Below, one piece after another: positions 9,483-18,006 of a DNA stretch of 43,705 bases (position 1 is its first letter; each line of letters starts with the position of its first letter). Location of the stretch: NCBI GenBank assembly GCA_031290325.1, contig JAITNU010000033.1:1-43705 (forward strand), read 5' to 3'. The notes below the pieces were generated by a model that saw only the letters and a list, made by a program, of their open reading frames with translations, did no database searches and was not told the origin of the DNA. This DNA comes from Treponema sp. GTDB lineage: Bacteria > Spirochaetota > Spirochaetia > Treponematales > Breznakiellaceae. The position numbers and the translations under genes were made by a program.

Positions 9483-9509
9483 TAAAGATCATTATTTCAC
9501 AGCCGATAT
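9483..9509 (+). promoter_or_regulatory. sigma-28/sigma-D consensus promoter on the plus strand, pointing away from flaB
   Basis: TAAA (9483-9486), a 15-nt spacer, then GCCGATAT (9502-9509), read directly on the plus strand. It matches the TAAA-N15-GCCGATAT flagellar sigma factor consensus. Confidence 0.4.
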
Positions 9510-9620
9510 GATCAACTAGGTGAAACGGGGAAGTATTACCGCGGACTTCCGCACTCTTCCTTCTTAATCCCTTTTATTTTCGGTAATCAGTAAAAAAAAC
9601 TTTAATCTTTTTTGCAAGAT

Positions 9621-12053
9621 CTACAGGCGCTTTATCAGCATATCGACAAAGCCGATCACATTCGGTTCATTTGAATACCGTACTTTCATACTCTCAAGAT
9701 ACCGCTGCCTGGTGTTCGCCGTCTGGATTCTCAGGGCTACTTCCAGAATATCCGTGATATTAGATATGGCCTCTTTGTGGGCCGCAAGCACCATCTCATC
9801 GGTTATCTTTTTGACCCGATCCGTGAATCCCGGGAAGGCTTCCTGCGTTTCCTGTCCATCAAGAAACCGTTCCAGTTCCAGCAGGCTCCCGGATGTACCC
9901 GTATATGAGGAATATGCGTCGATAAGCGCCTGATATGCATCCGTCCTGTTTTTGTTCTGGTCCGCTTCCGTGGATACTCTGGGAGAAGCCGTGGCCAATT
10001 CCCGGTTAGTCTGTACTAATTCTTGGTTAGTCTGCATTAATCCTTGGTTGGTCTGGGTTAATTCCTGGTTTAACTGACTCAGCCGGGTGTTTTCCGCTTC
10101 CAAGGTGGCAATACGATTTCCCAGCTCCAGAATGGTGGCATCATCATACAGTTTAACCGTTGTACTCTCCCAGGTTATTTCCTGCAACGATTGGGTAAGC
10201 CTGCTGTTTTCCGTTTCCAGGAGGGAGATACGGTTTTCAAACGCCAGAATGGCCCCCTGCTGGTCCCCTCCCCGTACCGCCTCTTGCAGCGCCCGGGTAA
10301 GCCTGCTGTTTTCCGCTTCCATATCGGCAAGACGGTTTCCAAGGGCACGAATATTAACCCCATTCTCCTGGCTATTGTGTTCACTTGCCAGACTCGCCGC
10401 TTGTAATGAGCGGGTAAGCCTGCTATTTTCCGTTTCCAGGGTGGAAATGCGGTTTTTAAGGGTCTTGGTTTCCGTATCATACTCGCTCCGGGATACCATA
10501 TCCCCGAGGTATGCATCAAAAATCGTGCCAATACCGCTTACCGCTGCAGGGACCTGCTGGGCAACAGGATAGGAGTTGATCAGCCGGGAATAGGTGTTGA
10601 TGGCCTGCTGCCATTCCTGTCCGTTAAGTTCCCGGTTTCCCTGGGCCAATAGCGGACCTGCGGCAGCACTTGCCTCTGAACGGCGGGAAGTGACATCTAC
10701 CGTAACCGATAGCCGGTTTAAGGCCCGGATCCCCGATATAAGGGTTGCGATTTCCTCCTCCGGGAGTCCGAAGTAATACCCAGCCCGCTGATAGGCTTCC
10801 AGGGCACCTGCATAATCCTCCCGGTTCGCCGCAGCCTTGGCCCGTTCCAGGTCAGCTATCGCATTAGCCAGCTTTTGGGCCTGATCCGCCCTCAAATGGT
10901 CGATGGTTTCACGTAACTCCTGCTCCCGTGCCTGCAGCTCTCGCAATTGCCGGGATTGATCCGTCGGGGCATTAACCTTATCCAGCTCCATCCGGGCTAT
11001 CTGTGCCAGGGCTTTGGCCAGATACACATCCATATCCCGCTGCTCTGAGGAAACGGCATCTTGTCCAAGATAACGCTCCAGGCTTTCCGCCTGAACAAGG
11101 GCCTCTTCATAGCGTCTTTCCTGCAAACTGATCCGGACCCGCATAAACATACCGCTAATCCGGTTGTCCGCAAGGAGATCCCGCTGCCTCTGATCATTCA
11201 AACGGCCAAGCTCTTCACGGGCCGCCTCCAATTCCCTTCCCGTCCCTTCAGTGCTTACACTCTTTTCAAGGGTAATACGGAATTCATCCTCTTTTTTGCG
11301 GAATTCGTTCTGTATGAGCTGCCGTTCGTCATTGAGGGTTCTTAAATTCTGCTGATACTGATTCTGAAGCTCCTGGTACTGCTTCTGGGCAGCTTGCCGT
11401 TCCAAACCAATCTGGTCCTGGTATTTATCCAATTCATCCCGGTAATGGGTAAACCGTTCCTCCTCAAATGCTGCCAAAAGCTCATAGAGATCTTCATCAG
11501 AAACGCCTGTTTCAATCAGCCGTCTCCGTTCAGCCGCAATATCCCGTTCCCGGTTGCTCTGCAGCTCTTGTTCCCGCTTTCGGAAGGCCTCCTCAATTGA
11601 GAGTAACGCATCATTCTGACTCTGTTCCAGGGAAATCAGCTCCCTGCGTATGGATGCGATGTCCCGGTCCTTTTCGGCAATACGGACTTCCGAATCCTGC
11701 CGCACCTGCTGAAGAAGCTGCCCTTCCACCGAAGAGAAGGCCGTATCATTATGGCTCAGGATAGCTTTCTGCTGATTGAACATATTGGAAATAAACACCA
11801 GCACGGCGGCGGATAGACCCAGAATAATAAGGTTGACCACCAGAGGAAACGCTACATCCCCTTTAAGCGGGATAACCCTGAGATCATCAGACTTCAGAAC
11901 AATACGGTTTTTCCGGGCAAGTTCTTCAATTTGTGCTGCTATTTCCCGGGCATCCTCGGAATTAATGATCATATCATCATAATCCGAGACATAGGCATCG
12001 TTTTTTAGAGAATAAGGGTCCTTTATAGCGGTATACTCAACTTTATTACTCAT
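9621..12053 (-). CDS. membrane-anchored coiled-coil repeat protein
   Basis: 810 aa. One hydrophobic helix (VAFPLVVNLIILGLSAAVLVFISNMF) is followed by about 700 aa of heptad-rich E/Q/R/L sequence. It carries four copies of NRIxxLE(T/A)EN(S/T)RLT and a 7-aa QTNQEL-type repeat. Confidence 0.8.
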   Translation of the reverse strand: MSNKVEYTAIKDPYSLKNDAYVSDYDDMIINSEDAREIAAQIEELARKNRIVLKSDDLRVIPLKGDVAFPLVVNLIILGLSAAVLVFISNMFNQQKAILSHNDTAFSSVEGQLLQQVRQDSEVRIAEKDRDIASIRRELISLEQSQNDALLSIEEAFRKREQELQSNRERDIAAERRRLIETGVSDEDLYELLAAFEEERFTHYRDELDKYQDQIGLERQAAQKQYQELQNQYQQNLRTLNDERQLIQNEFRKKEDEFRITLEKSVSTEGTGRELEAAREELGRLNDQRQRDLLADNRISGMFMRVRISLQERRYEEALVQAESLERYLGQDAVSSEQRDMDVYLAKALAQIARMELDKVNAPTDQSRQLRELQAREQELRETIDHLRADQAQKLANAIADLERAKAAANREDYAGALEAYQRAGYYFGLPEEEIATLISGIRALNRLSVTVDVTSRRSEASAAAGPLLAQGNRELNGQEWQQAINTYSRLINSYPVAQQVPAAVSGIGTIFDAYLGDMVSRSEYDTETKTLKNRISTLETENSRLTRSLQAASLASEHNSQENGVNIRALGNRLADMEAENSRLTRALQEAVRGGDQQGAILAFENRISLLETENSRLTQSLQEITWESTTVKLYDDATILELGNRIATLEAENTRLSQLNQELTQTNQGLMQTNQELVQTNRELATASPRVSTEADQNKNRTDAYQALIDAYSSYTGTSGSLLELERFLDGQETQEAFPGFTDRVKKITDEMVLAAHKEAISNITDILEVALRIQTANTRQRYLESMKVRYSNEPNVIGFVDMLIKRL
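10000..10460 (-). repeat. in-frame coding repeats inside the coiled-coil gene
   Basis: The motif (g/a)ttttccg(c/t)ttcca recurs at 10089, 10206, 10308 and 10425, with spacings of 117, 102 and 117 nt. About four 21-nt units lie at 10000-10075. Confidence 0.7.
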
Positions 12054-12063
12054 AGTATTGACC

Positions 12064-12088
12064 TTATAATAATTGATCTTTATTATAA
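12064..12088. promoter_or_regulatory. perfect 9-bp inverted repeat (operator-like) in a divergent intergenic region
   Basis: TTATAATAA-ttgatct-TTATTATAA lies between the coiled-coil gene start (12053) and the 5'-nucleotidase start (12127). It overlaps TATAAT-like hexamers. Confidence 0.4.
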
Positions 12089-12126
12089 TTTCAACTATTT
12101 TAGCTATTTTAATGGAGGCTTAATCT

Positions 12127-13794
12127 ATGAAACGTATTATTTCGTTGCTATCGGCTACAATTTTATTGTCCCTGATAGTCTTTCCCGTCTTCCCACGTCC
12201 TGTATCGGAATCGGAGCTTGATGCCCATATTCAGACAAGAATATCTGAACGCTCGGCGCCGGTGCAAAAGGCCCCTGATGCGGTACCGGCTCCGGCAGCA
12301 TCCAAAGCCAGAGAGCAGGGAAAGACCTATGAACTGGTCCTACTCCACACCAATGATCACCACGGAACGGTACTTCCCAATAATGGACAGGGAGGACTCG
12401 CCGAGCAGGCGGCGTATATCAAAGCTGCCCGGGCTACCAATCCCCAGGTGCTCCTCGTTGATGCCGGGGATATAAATACCGGTAGCGCCCTTTCCAACAT
12501 GTTCGACGCTGAACCGGATATCCTGGCCTATAACCTCATGGGTTATGACGCGGCGATCCTGGGAAACCACGAATTTGACGGCACTATGGAAAAACTGATA
12601 AAACAGGGCGGTCAGGTTACGTTTCCGATCATTACGTCAAATATAAAAACCGCAGATGGCAGTTTTTTAGGGGAACCGTATCTGGTAAAAGAATACGACG
12701 GCATCAGGGTGGGCCTTTTCGGCATCACCACCCTCCGTACCAAGATCATTGCCAGTCCTGATAAGAGCCTGGTCTTTATCAATGAGATCGATGCTGCCAA
12801 AGAGACGGTGAATTTCCTGAAAAACCAGGCAAACGTTGATATCGTCATCGGCATTACCCATATTGGGGATGTGAAGGAGGCTGCCGATCATATTACCTCG
12901 CCGGACCTGGCTGCGGCGGTTCCCAATATCGACATCATCGTGGACGGCCACTCCCATTCCTTCTTTGACGTTCCCAAGCAAGTGGGCACGACTTATATCG
13001 TGAGCGCCAACGAATGGGGAAAATATGTAGGCCAGGGGAAGCTCTCGGTGGTGGATGGGAAACTCGTGAAGTTTGACTGGGCGCCCATTGCCATAGGTCC
13101 TGATCCGGAGGTAGTTGCGCTGTTGGCCCCCTACATCAAGAAGGCCGGTGAAAGCCTGAAAGAAGTGGTAGGCGAGGCGGCGGCTCCCTTTATAGTCGGC
13201 GACCGTTTAACCCGGAAAGTGGAGACCGCCCTGGGAGACGGAATCTGCGACGCCAATGTCTGGTATTTCAGGACCGTATACAACCAGGACATCGACTTTG
13301 CCTTCCACAACGGCGGCAATATGCGGGCGGCGCTTCCTGCAGGTCCTATTACCCAGGAGCAGGTTCTCACCGTCCTCCCCTTTGAGAACTACCTGTTTAT
13401 TGCGTCCCTCAAGGGTTCGGATATTCTTGAACTCTTTAACTTCATCGCCACCATACCCCAGGGAGCAGGAGGCTGGGCCCAGGTATCAAGCGAAGTACGC
13501 TATACCATCGACTACACCGGAGGAACTGGCGTCCTCAAGGACCTGACCATCCACGGTGAACCGGTGGACCCTGAGAAGACCTATCGCTTCTGTACCAACG
13601 ATTATCTCCTGGGAGGCGGCGACGGGTACACGGTGCTTACCAGGTCCGAGAACCCCTTTAACACCTCATTACTGCTTTCCTATGTGGTAATCGAGGGCTT
13701 ACGGGCCTGCGGTGAACCGGTAGTACCGGAAACCGATGGCCGTATCACGGTTATTGGTGGAATTGAAATCGAAGAGCTTGATACAGGAAAATAG
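12127..13794 (+). CDS. secreted bifunctional 5'-nucleotidase/UDP-sugar hydrolase family protein (UshA-like)
   Basis: 555 aa. Signal peptide, then the calcineurin-like metallophosphatase motifs HTNDHHG, DAGD, GNHEFD and GITHIG. A C-terminal 5'-nucleotidase domain follows. Confidence 0.9.
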   Translation: MKRIISLLSATILLSLIVFPVFPRPVSESELDAHIQTRISERSAPVQKAPDAVPAPAASKAREQGKTYELVLLHTNDHHGTVLPNNGQGGLAEQAAYIKAARATNPQVLLVDAGDINTGSALSNMFDAEPDILAYNLMGYDAAILGNHEFDGTMEKLIKQGGQVTFPIITSNIKTADGSFLGEPYLVKEYDGIRVGLFGITTLRTKIIASPDKSLVFINEIDAAKETVNFLKNQANVDIVIGITHIGDVKEAADHITSPDLAAAVPNIDIIVDGHSHSFFDVPKQVGTTYIVSANEWGKYVGQGKLSVVDGKLVKFDWAPIAIGPDPEVVALLAPYIKKAGESLKEVVGEAAAPFIVGDRLTRKVETALGDGICDANVWYFRTVYNQDIDFAFHNGGNMRAALPAGPITQEQVLTVLPFENYLFIASLKGSDILELFNFIATIPQGAGGWAQVSSEVRYTIDYTGGTGVLKDLTIHGEPVDPEKTYRFCTNDYLLGGGDGYTVLTRSENPFNTSLLLSYVVIEGLRACGEPVVPETDGRITVIGGIEIEELDTGK

Positions 13795-13801
13795 AACCTG
13801 G

Positions 13802-13850
13802 AAAAAAAGAGGAAGGAGCAGGGAATTGTCCTCCGCTCTCTTCCTCTTTC
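13802..13850. terminator. terminator hairpin between convergent genes
   Basis: AAGAGGAAGGAGC ... GCTCTCTTCCTCTT stem with one bulge. It is flanked by A7 on the plus strand, which gives a U-tract for the minus-strand ABC operon. The plus-side tail CTCTTTCC is weaker. Confidence 0.6.
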
Positions 13851-13870
13851 CAAACAATCCCCTTAAACAT

Positions 13871-15058
13871 TCAACCTAAGCCGGCCTTACGGCGGGTGTA
13901 TACGTCGTAGAATACCGCGAAGAGCAGGATCACTGCCTTCACCACGTACTGCCAGTGAGCACCGAGGTTCATAAGGGACATACCGTTGTTGATGGCTGCC
14001 ATGACCAGACCACCGACGATAACCCCTATGACGGTGCCGATTCCGCCGGAGGAGGAGACACCACCGATATAGCAGGCGGCGATAGCATCCATTTCAAAGA
14101 GGTTTCCCGCCTGGGGAAGGGCGGAGTTCATATAACCTGTGGAAACCACTGCCGCAAGCCCGGACAGGAGTCCCATGATGCAGAACACCAGGAAAACGAC
14201 TAATTCGGAATTGATCCCTGACAATTTCGCGGACCGGGCATTGCCCCCTACCGCGTAGATGTACCGGCCCAGAACGGTATTCTTCATCATAAAGTTGAAG
14301 ATGAACACGGTTATGCCCAGGACTATCACCACCATAGGAAGACCACGATAGGTCGCAAATCGCTGGGACAAACCAATAACCAAGGCACCGATAAGCACCA
14401 GTTTTCCAATGAAAAGCGGCACCGGAATAACCTCAAAATGGTTTCGTATCTTGTTCTGCCGGGAAATAAACTCCGCGATGATGTAGATGACCAGCAGCAC
14501 AATCCCAATGATGAGGGCGGTAAGATGTACGTTTCCAACTTGCCATCCCGTGTCCAGCATCCCCAAAGCCATCTGCTTGTACCCGTCGTCCTTGAGTCCG
14601 ATAGGGTTCACATGGGTGACCAGGTAGGTAAGCCCCCGGAATAAGAGCATCCCCCCCAGGGTAACGATGAAGGCGGGCATTTGTAAGTAGGCAATCCAGA
14701 AGCCCTGGAAGGCGCCGATAGCCCCGCCAACGAGCAGGGCAATCAGCAGCGTCGGCACCATGCCTATACCTGAATTGTACGCCATAGCACTGATAGCCCC
14801 TACAAAGGCGCAGACCGAACCTACCGAAAGGTCAATCCCGCCGATGATGATAACCTGCACCATCCCAACCGCAAGGATGAGGACGTAACTATACTGGATA
14901 AAGATGTTGGTAAAGTTACGGGAATTCAGATTAGTCCCGCCGGTGAGCACAGCAAAGATAATCATAATTACTGCCAACATGAGAAACATGGAATAATTCC
15001 TGATATTCCGCGTAATCAAATCAGCAATGCTGTTTTTTTTGATCGTTGTATCACTCAT
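13871..15058 (-). CDS. sugar ABC transporter permease (XylH/GguB-like)
   Basis: 395 aa, polytopic. Resembles the branched-chain/monosaccharide permease family. The size matches XylH/GguB. Confidence 0.85.
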   Translation of the reverse strand: MSDTTIKKNSIADLITRNIRNYSMFLMLAVIMIIFAVLTGGTNLNSRNFTNIFIQYSYVLILAVGMVQVIIIGGIDLSVGSVCAFVGAISAMAYNSGIGMVPTLLIALLVGGAIGAFQGFWIAYLQMPAFIVTLGGMLLFRGLTYLVTHVNPIGLKDDGYKQMALGMLDTGWQVGNVHLTALIIGIVLLVIYIIAEFISRQNKIRNHFEVIPVPLFIGKLVLIGALVIGLSQRFATYRGLPMVVIVLGITVFIFNFMMKNTVLGRYIYAVGGNARSAKLSGINSELVVFLVFCIMGLLSGLAAVVSTGYMNSALPQAGNLFEMDAIAACYIGGVSSSGGIGTVIGVIVGGLVMAAINNGMSLMNLGAHWQYVVKAVILLFAVFYDVYTRRKAGLG

Positions 15059-15088
15059 ACATACTCCTCGATTATGTGTTATGCTGCT

Positions 15089-16618
15089 TTATACCGTGCC
15101 CAACAGGGCAATCTGCATAATTTTTTCCTGGGTCGCCTCATCACGCATCAGCATACCCTTGATTTTTCCCTCATTCATGACATAGATCCGATCCGCCATG
15201 CCCAGGGCTTCGGGCAGCTCGGAACTTACCATGATCACGCTTTTTCCCTGGGCCACGAGTTCGTTCAGGATCTCGTATATCTCCGTCTTGGCCCCTACAT
15301 CAATGCCCCTGGTAGGTTCATCGACGATGAAGACATCCGGGTCCGCCAGCAGGGTACGGCTTAATACAACCTTCTGCTGATTCCCGCCGGAAAGGTTCCG
15401 GGCCAGTTGGTTGATAGACGGCGTTTTGATCCGCAGATCCCGCCGGTATTTTTCAGCTTCCTCTATCTCCTGGCGGTTCAAAACAACCCCGAATTTGGAC
15501 AGTTTCTGAAACGACGAAATAGATATGTTGTTTTTGATACTCTGAATCAGTACCAGACCGAGGGTCTTCCGATCCTCAGAAACATACCCCACGCCGTTAT
15601 CCAGGGCAGCCTTGGCAGAACGGGGGGCGATCCGGTTTCCGTGGAGGTACAGTTCTCCTTCGCTCCGGGAACCGTAGGACAAACCGTAGAGGCTCATCAT
15701 AAGCTCGGTACGCCCTGCGCCCATAGGTCCGCAGAACGCCAGAACCTCACCTTTGCGCAGATAAAAGGAAACATTATCCACCACTTTAATCGTATGGTAT
15801 TCAGGATGATAAACCGTCCAGTTTTTCACCTCCATCATGGTCTCACCCGGACTGGTCTTGCGTACCGGGAAGCGCCTGGTCAAATCCCGTCCCACCATAT
15901 CCTTAATAAGCCGCTCTTCCGTTAAGTTGTCCTTTTTTACATCAAAAGAAGCGATAGACTTTCCATCCCGAATCACCGTAACCGTGTCGGCGATCTTGAG
16001 CACCTCATTCAGTTTATGGGAAATCATCACCGACGTAATACCCCGCCGCTTGAACTGAAGGATTAAATCCAGCAGCTTGTCGCTTTCATCATCGTTCAGC
16101 GACGCAGTCGGTTCATCAAGAATCAGAAGCTCCACGTTTTTGGAAAGCGCCCGCGCGATCTCTACCAGTTGCTGCTTACCAACCCCCAGCTTACTGACAA
16201 TCGTGACAGGGTTTTCTTTAAGCCCCACCTGATCCAGGTAGGTCTTGGATGCTTTTAAATAGGTATCCCAGTTGATGATACCCAGCTTGGTTTTCATGTG
16301 CCCAAGAAACATGTTTTCATAGATAGAGAGATAGGGACTGAGGGCAAGCTCCTGGTGAATAATGGCAAGCCCTTCTTTTTCACTATCCTTCACACTATGA
16401 TAATGAGTTTCTTTACCCTTATAAAAAACCTTCCCCTCGTAAGAGCCTTTGGGGTACACGCCGCTGATAACACTCATCAACGTGGATTTTCCTGCGCCGT
16501 TTTCTCCACAGAGGGAATGGATTTCCCCTTTTCTTATTTTTAAGTTGACTTGATCCAAGGCACGTACACCGGGGAACTCCTTGACCAGATTTTCAATCTC
16601 AAGAATGTACTCATTCAT
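15089..16618 (-). CDS. sugar ABC transporter ATP-binding protein (duplicated ATPase, XylG/GguA-like)
   Basis: ORF 15089..16639. The likely start is MNEYILEIENL at 16618. The first half has Walker A GENGAGKST and the signature motif LSGGNQQK is present. The gene product contains two ATPase halves. Confidence 0.9.
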   Translation of the reverse strand: MNEYILEIENLVKEFPGVRALDQVNLKIRKGEIHSLCGENGAGKSTLMSVISGVYPKGSYEGKVFYKGKETHYHSVKDSEKEGLAIIHQELALSPYLSIYENMFLGHMKTKLGIINWDTYLKASKTYLDQVGLKENPVTIVSKLGVGKQQLVEIARALSKNVELLILDEPTASLNDDESDKLLDLILQFKRRGITSVMISHKLNEVLKIADTVTVIRDGKSIASFDVKKDNLTEERLIKDMVGRDLTRRFPVRKTSPGETMMEVKNWTVYHPEYHTIKVVDNVSFYLRKGEVLAFCGPMGAGRTELMMSLYGLSYGSRSEGELYLHGNRIAPRSAKAALDNGVGYVSEDRKTLGLVLIQSIKNNISISSFQKLSKFGVVLNRQEIEEAEKYRRDLRIKTPSINQLARNLSGGNQQKVVLSRTLLADPDVFIVDEPTRGIDVGAKTEIYEILNELVAQGKSVIMVSSELPEALGMADRIYVMNEGKIKGMLMRDEATQEKIMQIALLGTV

Positions 16619-16640
16619 ATAAACCCCTATAAAAAGCAAG

Positions 16641-16688
16641 GAGGGTGAAGTTTGTCTGTGAGTCTTTCACACCACCCTTCACCCTCCA
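16641..16688 (-). terminator. intra-operon stem-loop (attenuator) after the binding-protein gene
   Basis: Minus strand has a perfect 11-bp stem GGAGGGTGAAG / CTTCACCCTCC with an inner TGTGA/TCACA stem. It is followed by TTGCTTTTTAT. Confidence 0.5.
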
Positions 16689-16713
16689 CACCAGCTCAAA
16701 CAGTGCATTACCG

Positions 16714-17841
16714 CTATTTCAGCCGCGCTTCTTCCTCGGCGGTATAGAATCCAGCCTGAACCGGAACCTGCCAATTGTCTTTGGTAATGAGAATCGGTTC
16801 CAGCAGATAGGCTTTCACCGTTTTCTTGCCGGTATTACCAATGCTTGCCAAGTCTCCTGAAGCAAGGGTTGCCCCGGGAATATTGATGGCCTGACCCGTG
16901 ATGATCTGTTCCGCCAGAAGAACCGCCGCTTCCGCCAGTTTGGTGGTATCCTTGAACACCGTCATGTACTGCTGACCACTCTTAATGGACAGGGTAGAAT
17001 CCGCTTCCGCGTCCTGGCCTGTAACCACCGGGAGCTTCGCGGTGTATTTGGCATCCGCGAGACAAGCTTCGATAATGGCCCGTGCCAGGGTGTCATTCGG
17101 GGCCAGCACTGCATCAAGCACCACCGCCGCCGCGTCATTGTTGAGGAGGTTCTCCATCCGTGTCTTGGCAACCGGTGCCTGCCAGTTCTCAGTGGCAATC
17201 CGCTGGAAGTTGGCAGTATCTTTGGAAGTCTCAGGATAGGGACCCACGACCTGGAGGACGCCGCTCTTGATATAGGGATTGAGCACACTCATGGCCCCAT
17301 CGTAGAAGAAGGCCGCATTCCCGTCAGTGGGAGAACCGGCAAAGAGGGTGATGTACTTGGGAGCATCAGCAGCCTTGAGGTTCAACGCCGTTTCAATACC
17401 CTGACCCTGGAACTGACCCACTTTGAAGTTGTTGAAGGTGATGTAATAATCATAATCCGCCGACTGGGGAATGATCCGGTCATAGGCAATAACCGCAACC
17501 TTATCCTGGGCAGCATCGGTGATCGCAGCAGCAACACCGTCATTCACACACCCAACGATGAGCACCTTGGCGCCATTGGTCAGGAAGTTCTGGATCTGGG
17601 TGTTCTGCCGGTTTTGATCAGCATCACCAAAGGCCACTTCCGCACGATATCCCCGGGCTTCCACAAAGCGTTTCAGCGACGCTCCGTCTTTCTGCCAGCG
17701 CTGGACATGGGTTTCCGGCATGGCAATACCAATTAAGGCAGCTTGTTGGCTACCTCCACTACTCTTCTGACCACCCCCACTGGCGAATACCAGGGAGCCA
17801 GCAGCCACAAGAAGCAAAAAAACTGTACACAGTTTCTTCAT
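16714..17841 (-). CDS. periplasmic sugar-binding protein (ChvE/XylF-like, PBP type 1)
   Basis: ORF 16714..17856. The likely start is MKKLCTVFLLLVAAGSLVFASGGG at 17841. Signal peptide present. The body resembles a PBP1 sugar-binding fold. It is the first gene of the transporter operon. Confidence 0.85.
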   Translation of the reverse strand: MKKLCTVFLLLVAAGSLVFASGGGQKSSGGSQQAALIGIAMPETHVQRWQKDGASLKRFVEARGYRAEVAFGDADQNRQNTQIQNFLTNGAKVLIVGCVNDGVAAAITDAAQDKVAVIAYDRIIPQSADYDYYITFNNFKVGQFQGQGIETALNLKAADAPKYITLFAGSPTDGNAAFFYDGAMSVLNPYIKSGVLQVVGPYPETSKDTANFQRIATENWQAPVAKTRMENLLNNDAAAVVLDAVLAPNDTLARAIIEACLADAKYTAKLPVVTGQDAEADSTLSIKSGQQYMTVFKDTTKLAEAAVLLAEQIITGQAINIPGATLASGDLASIGNTGKKTVKAYLLEPILITKDNWQVPVQAGFYTAEEEARLK

Positions 17842-18006
17842 TTCAGATTCCTCCAAAAATATTTTTTATAGTATGCCACCCGATTTTTGTTTTGTAAAGC
17901 GTTTTTTGTCTACTTCCCATACCGGTGCACCGCTGAGGGTTTTTTAACCACGAATATCGCGTGCGTATATGGGGGCATGGCCGCCTTGAAGTCCAGAACC
18001 CCTGGT

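Noticed and set aside
8754-9485. 243-aa plus-strand ORF, with smaller ORFs at 7816..8115 and 9205..9519, lying opposite the flaB genes
   Set aside because: They lie entirely antisense to strongly recognisable flagellin genes. They have no SD and have low-complexity Arg/Gly/Pro-rich composition typical of shadow frames.
10000-10460. Regularly spaced repeats that might be mistaken for a CRISPR-like array (also 18133..18438)
   Set aside because: The spacings are multiples of 3, the repeats lie in frame inside long ORFs and encode coiled-coil or TPR units, and no repeat/spacer architecture is present.
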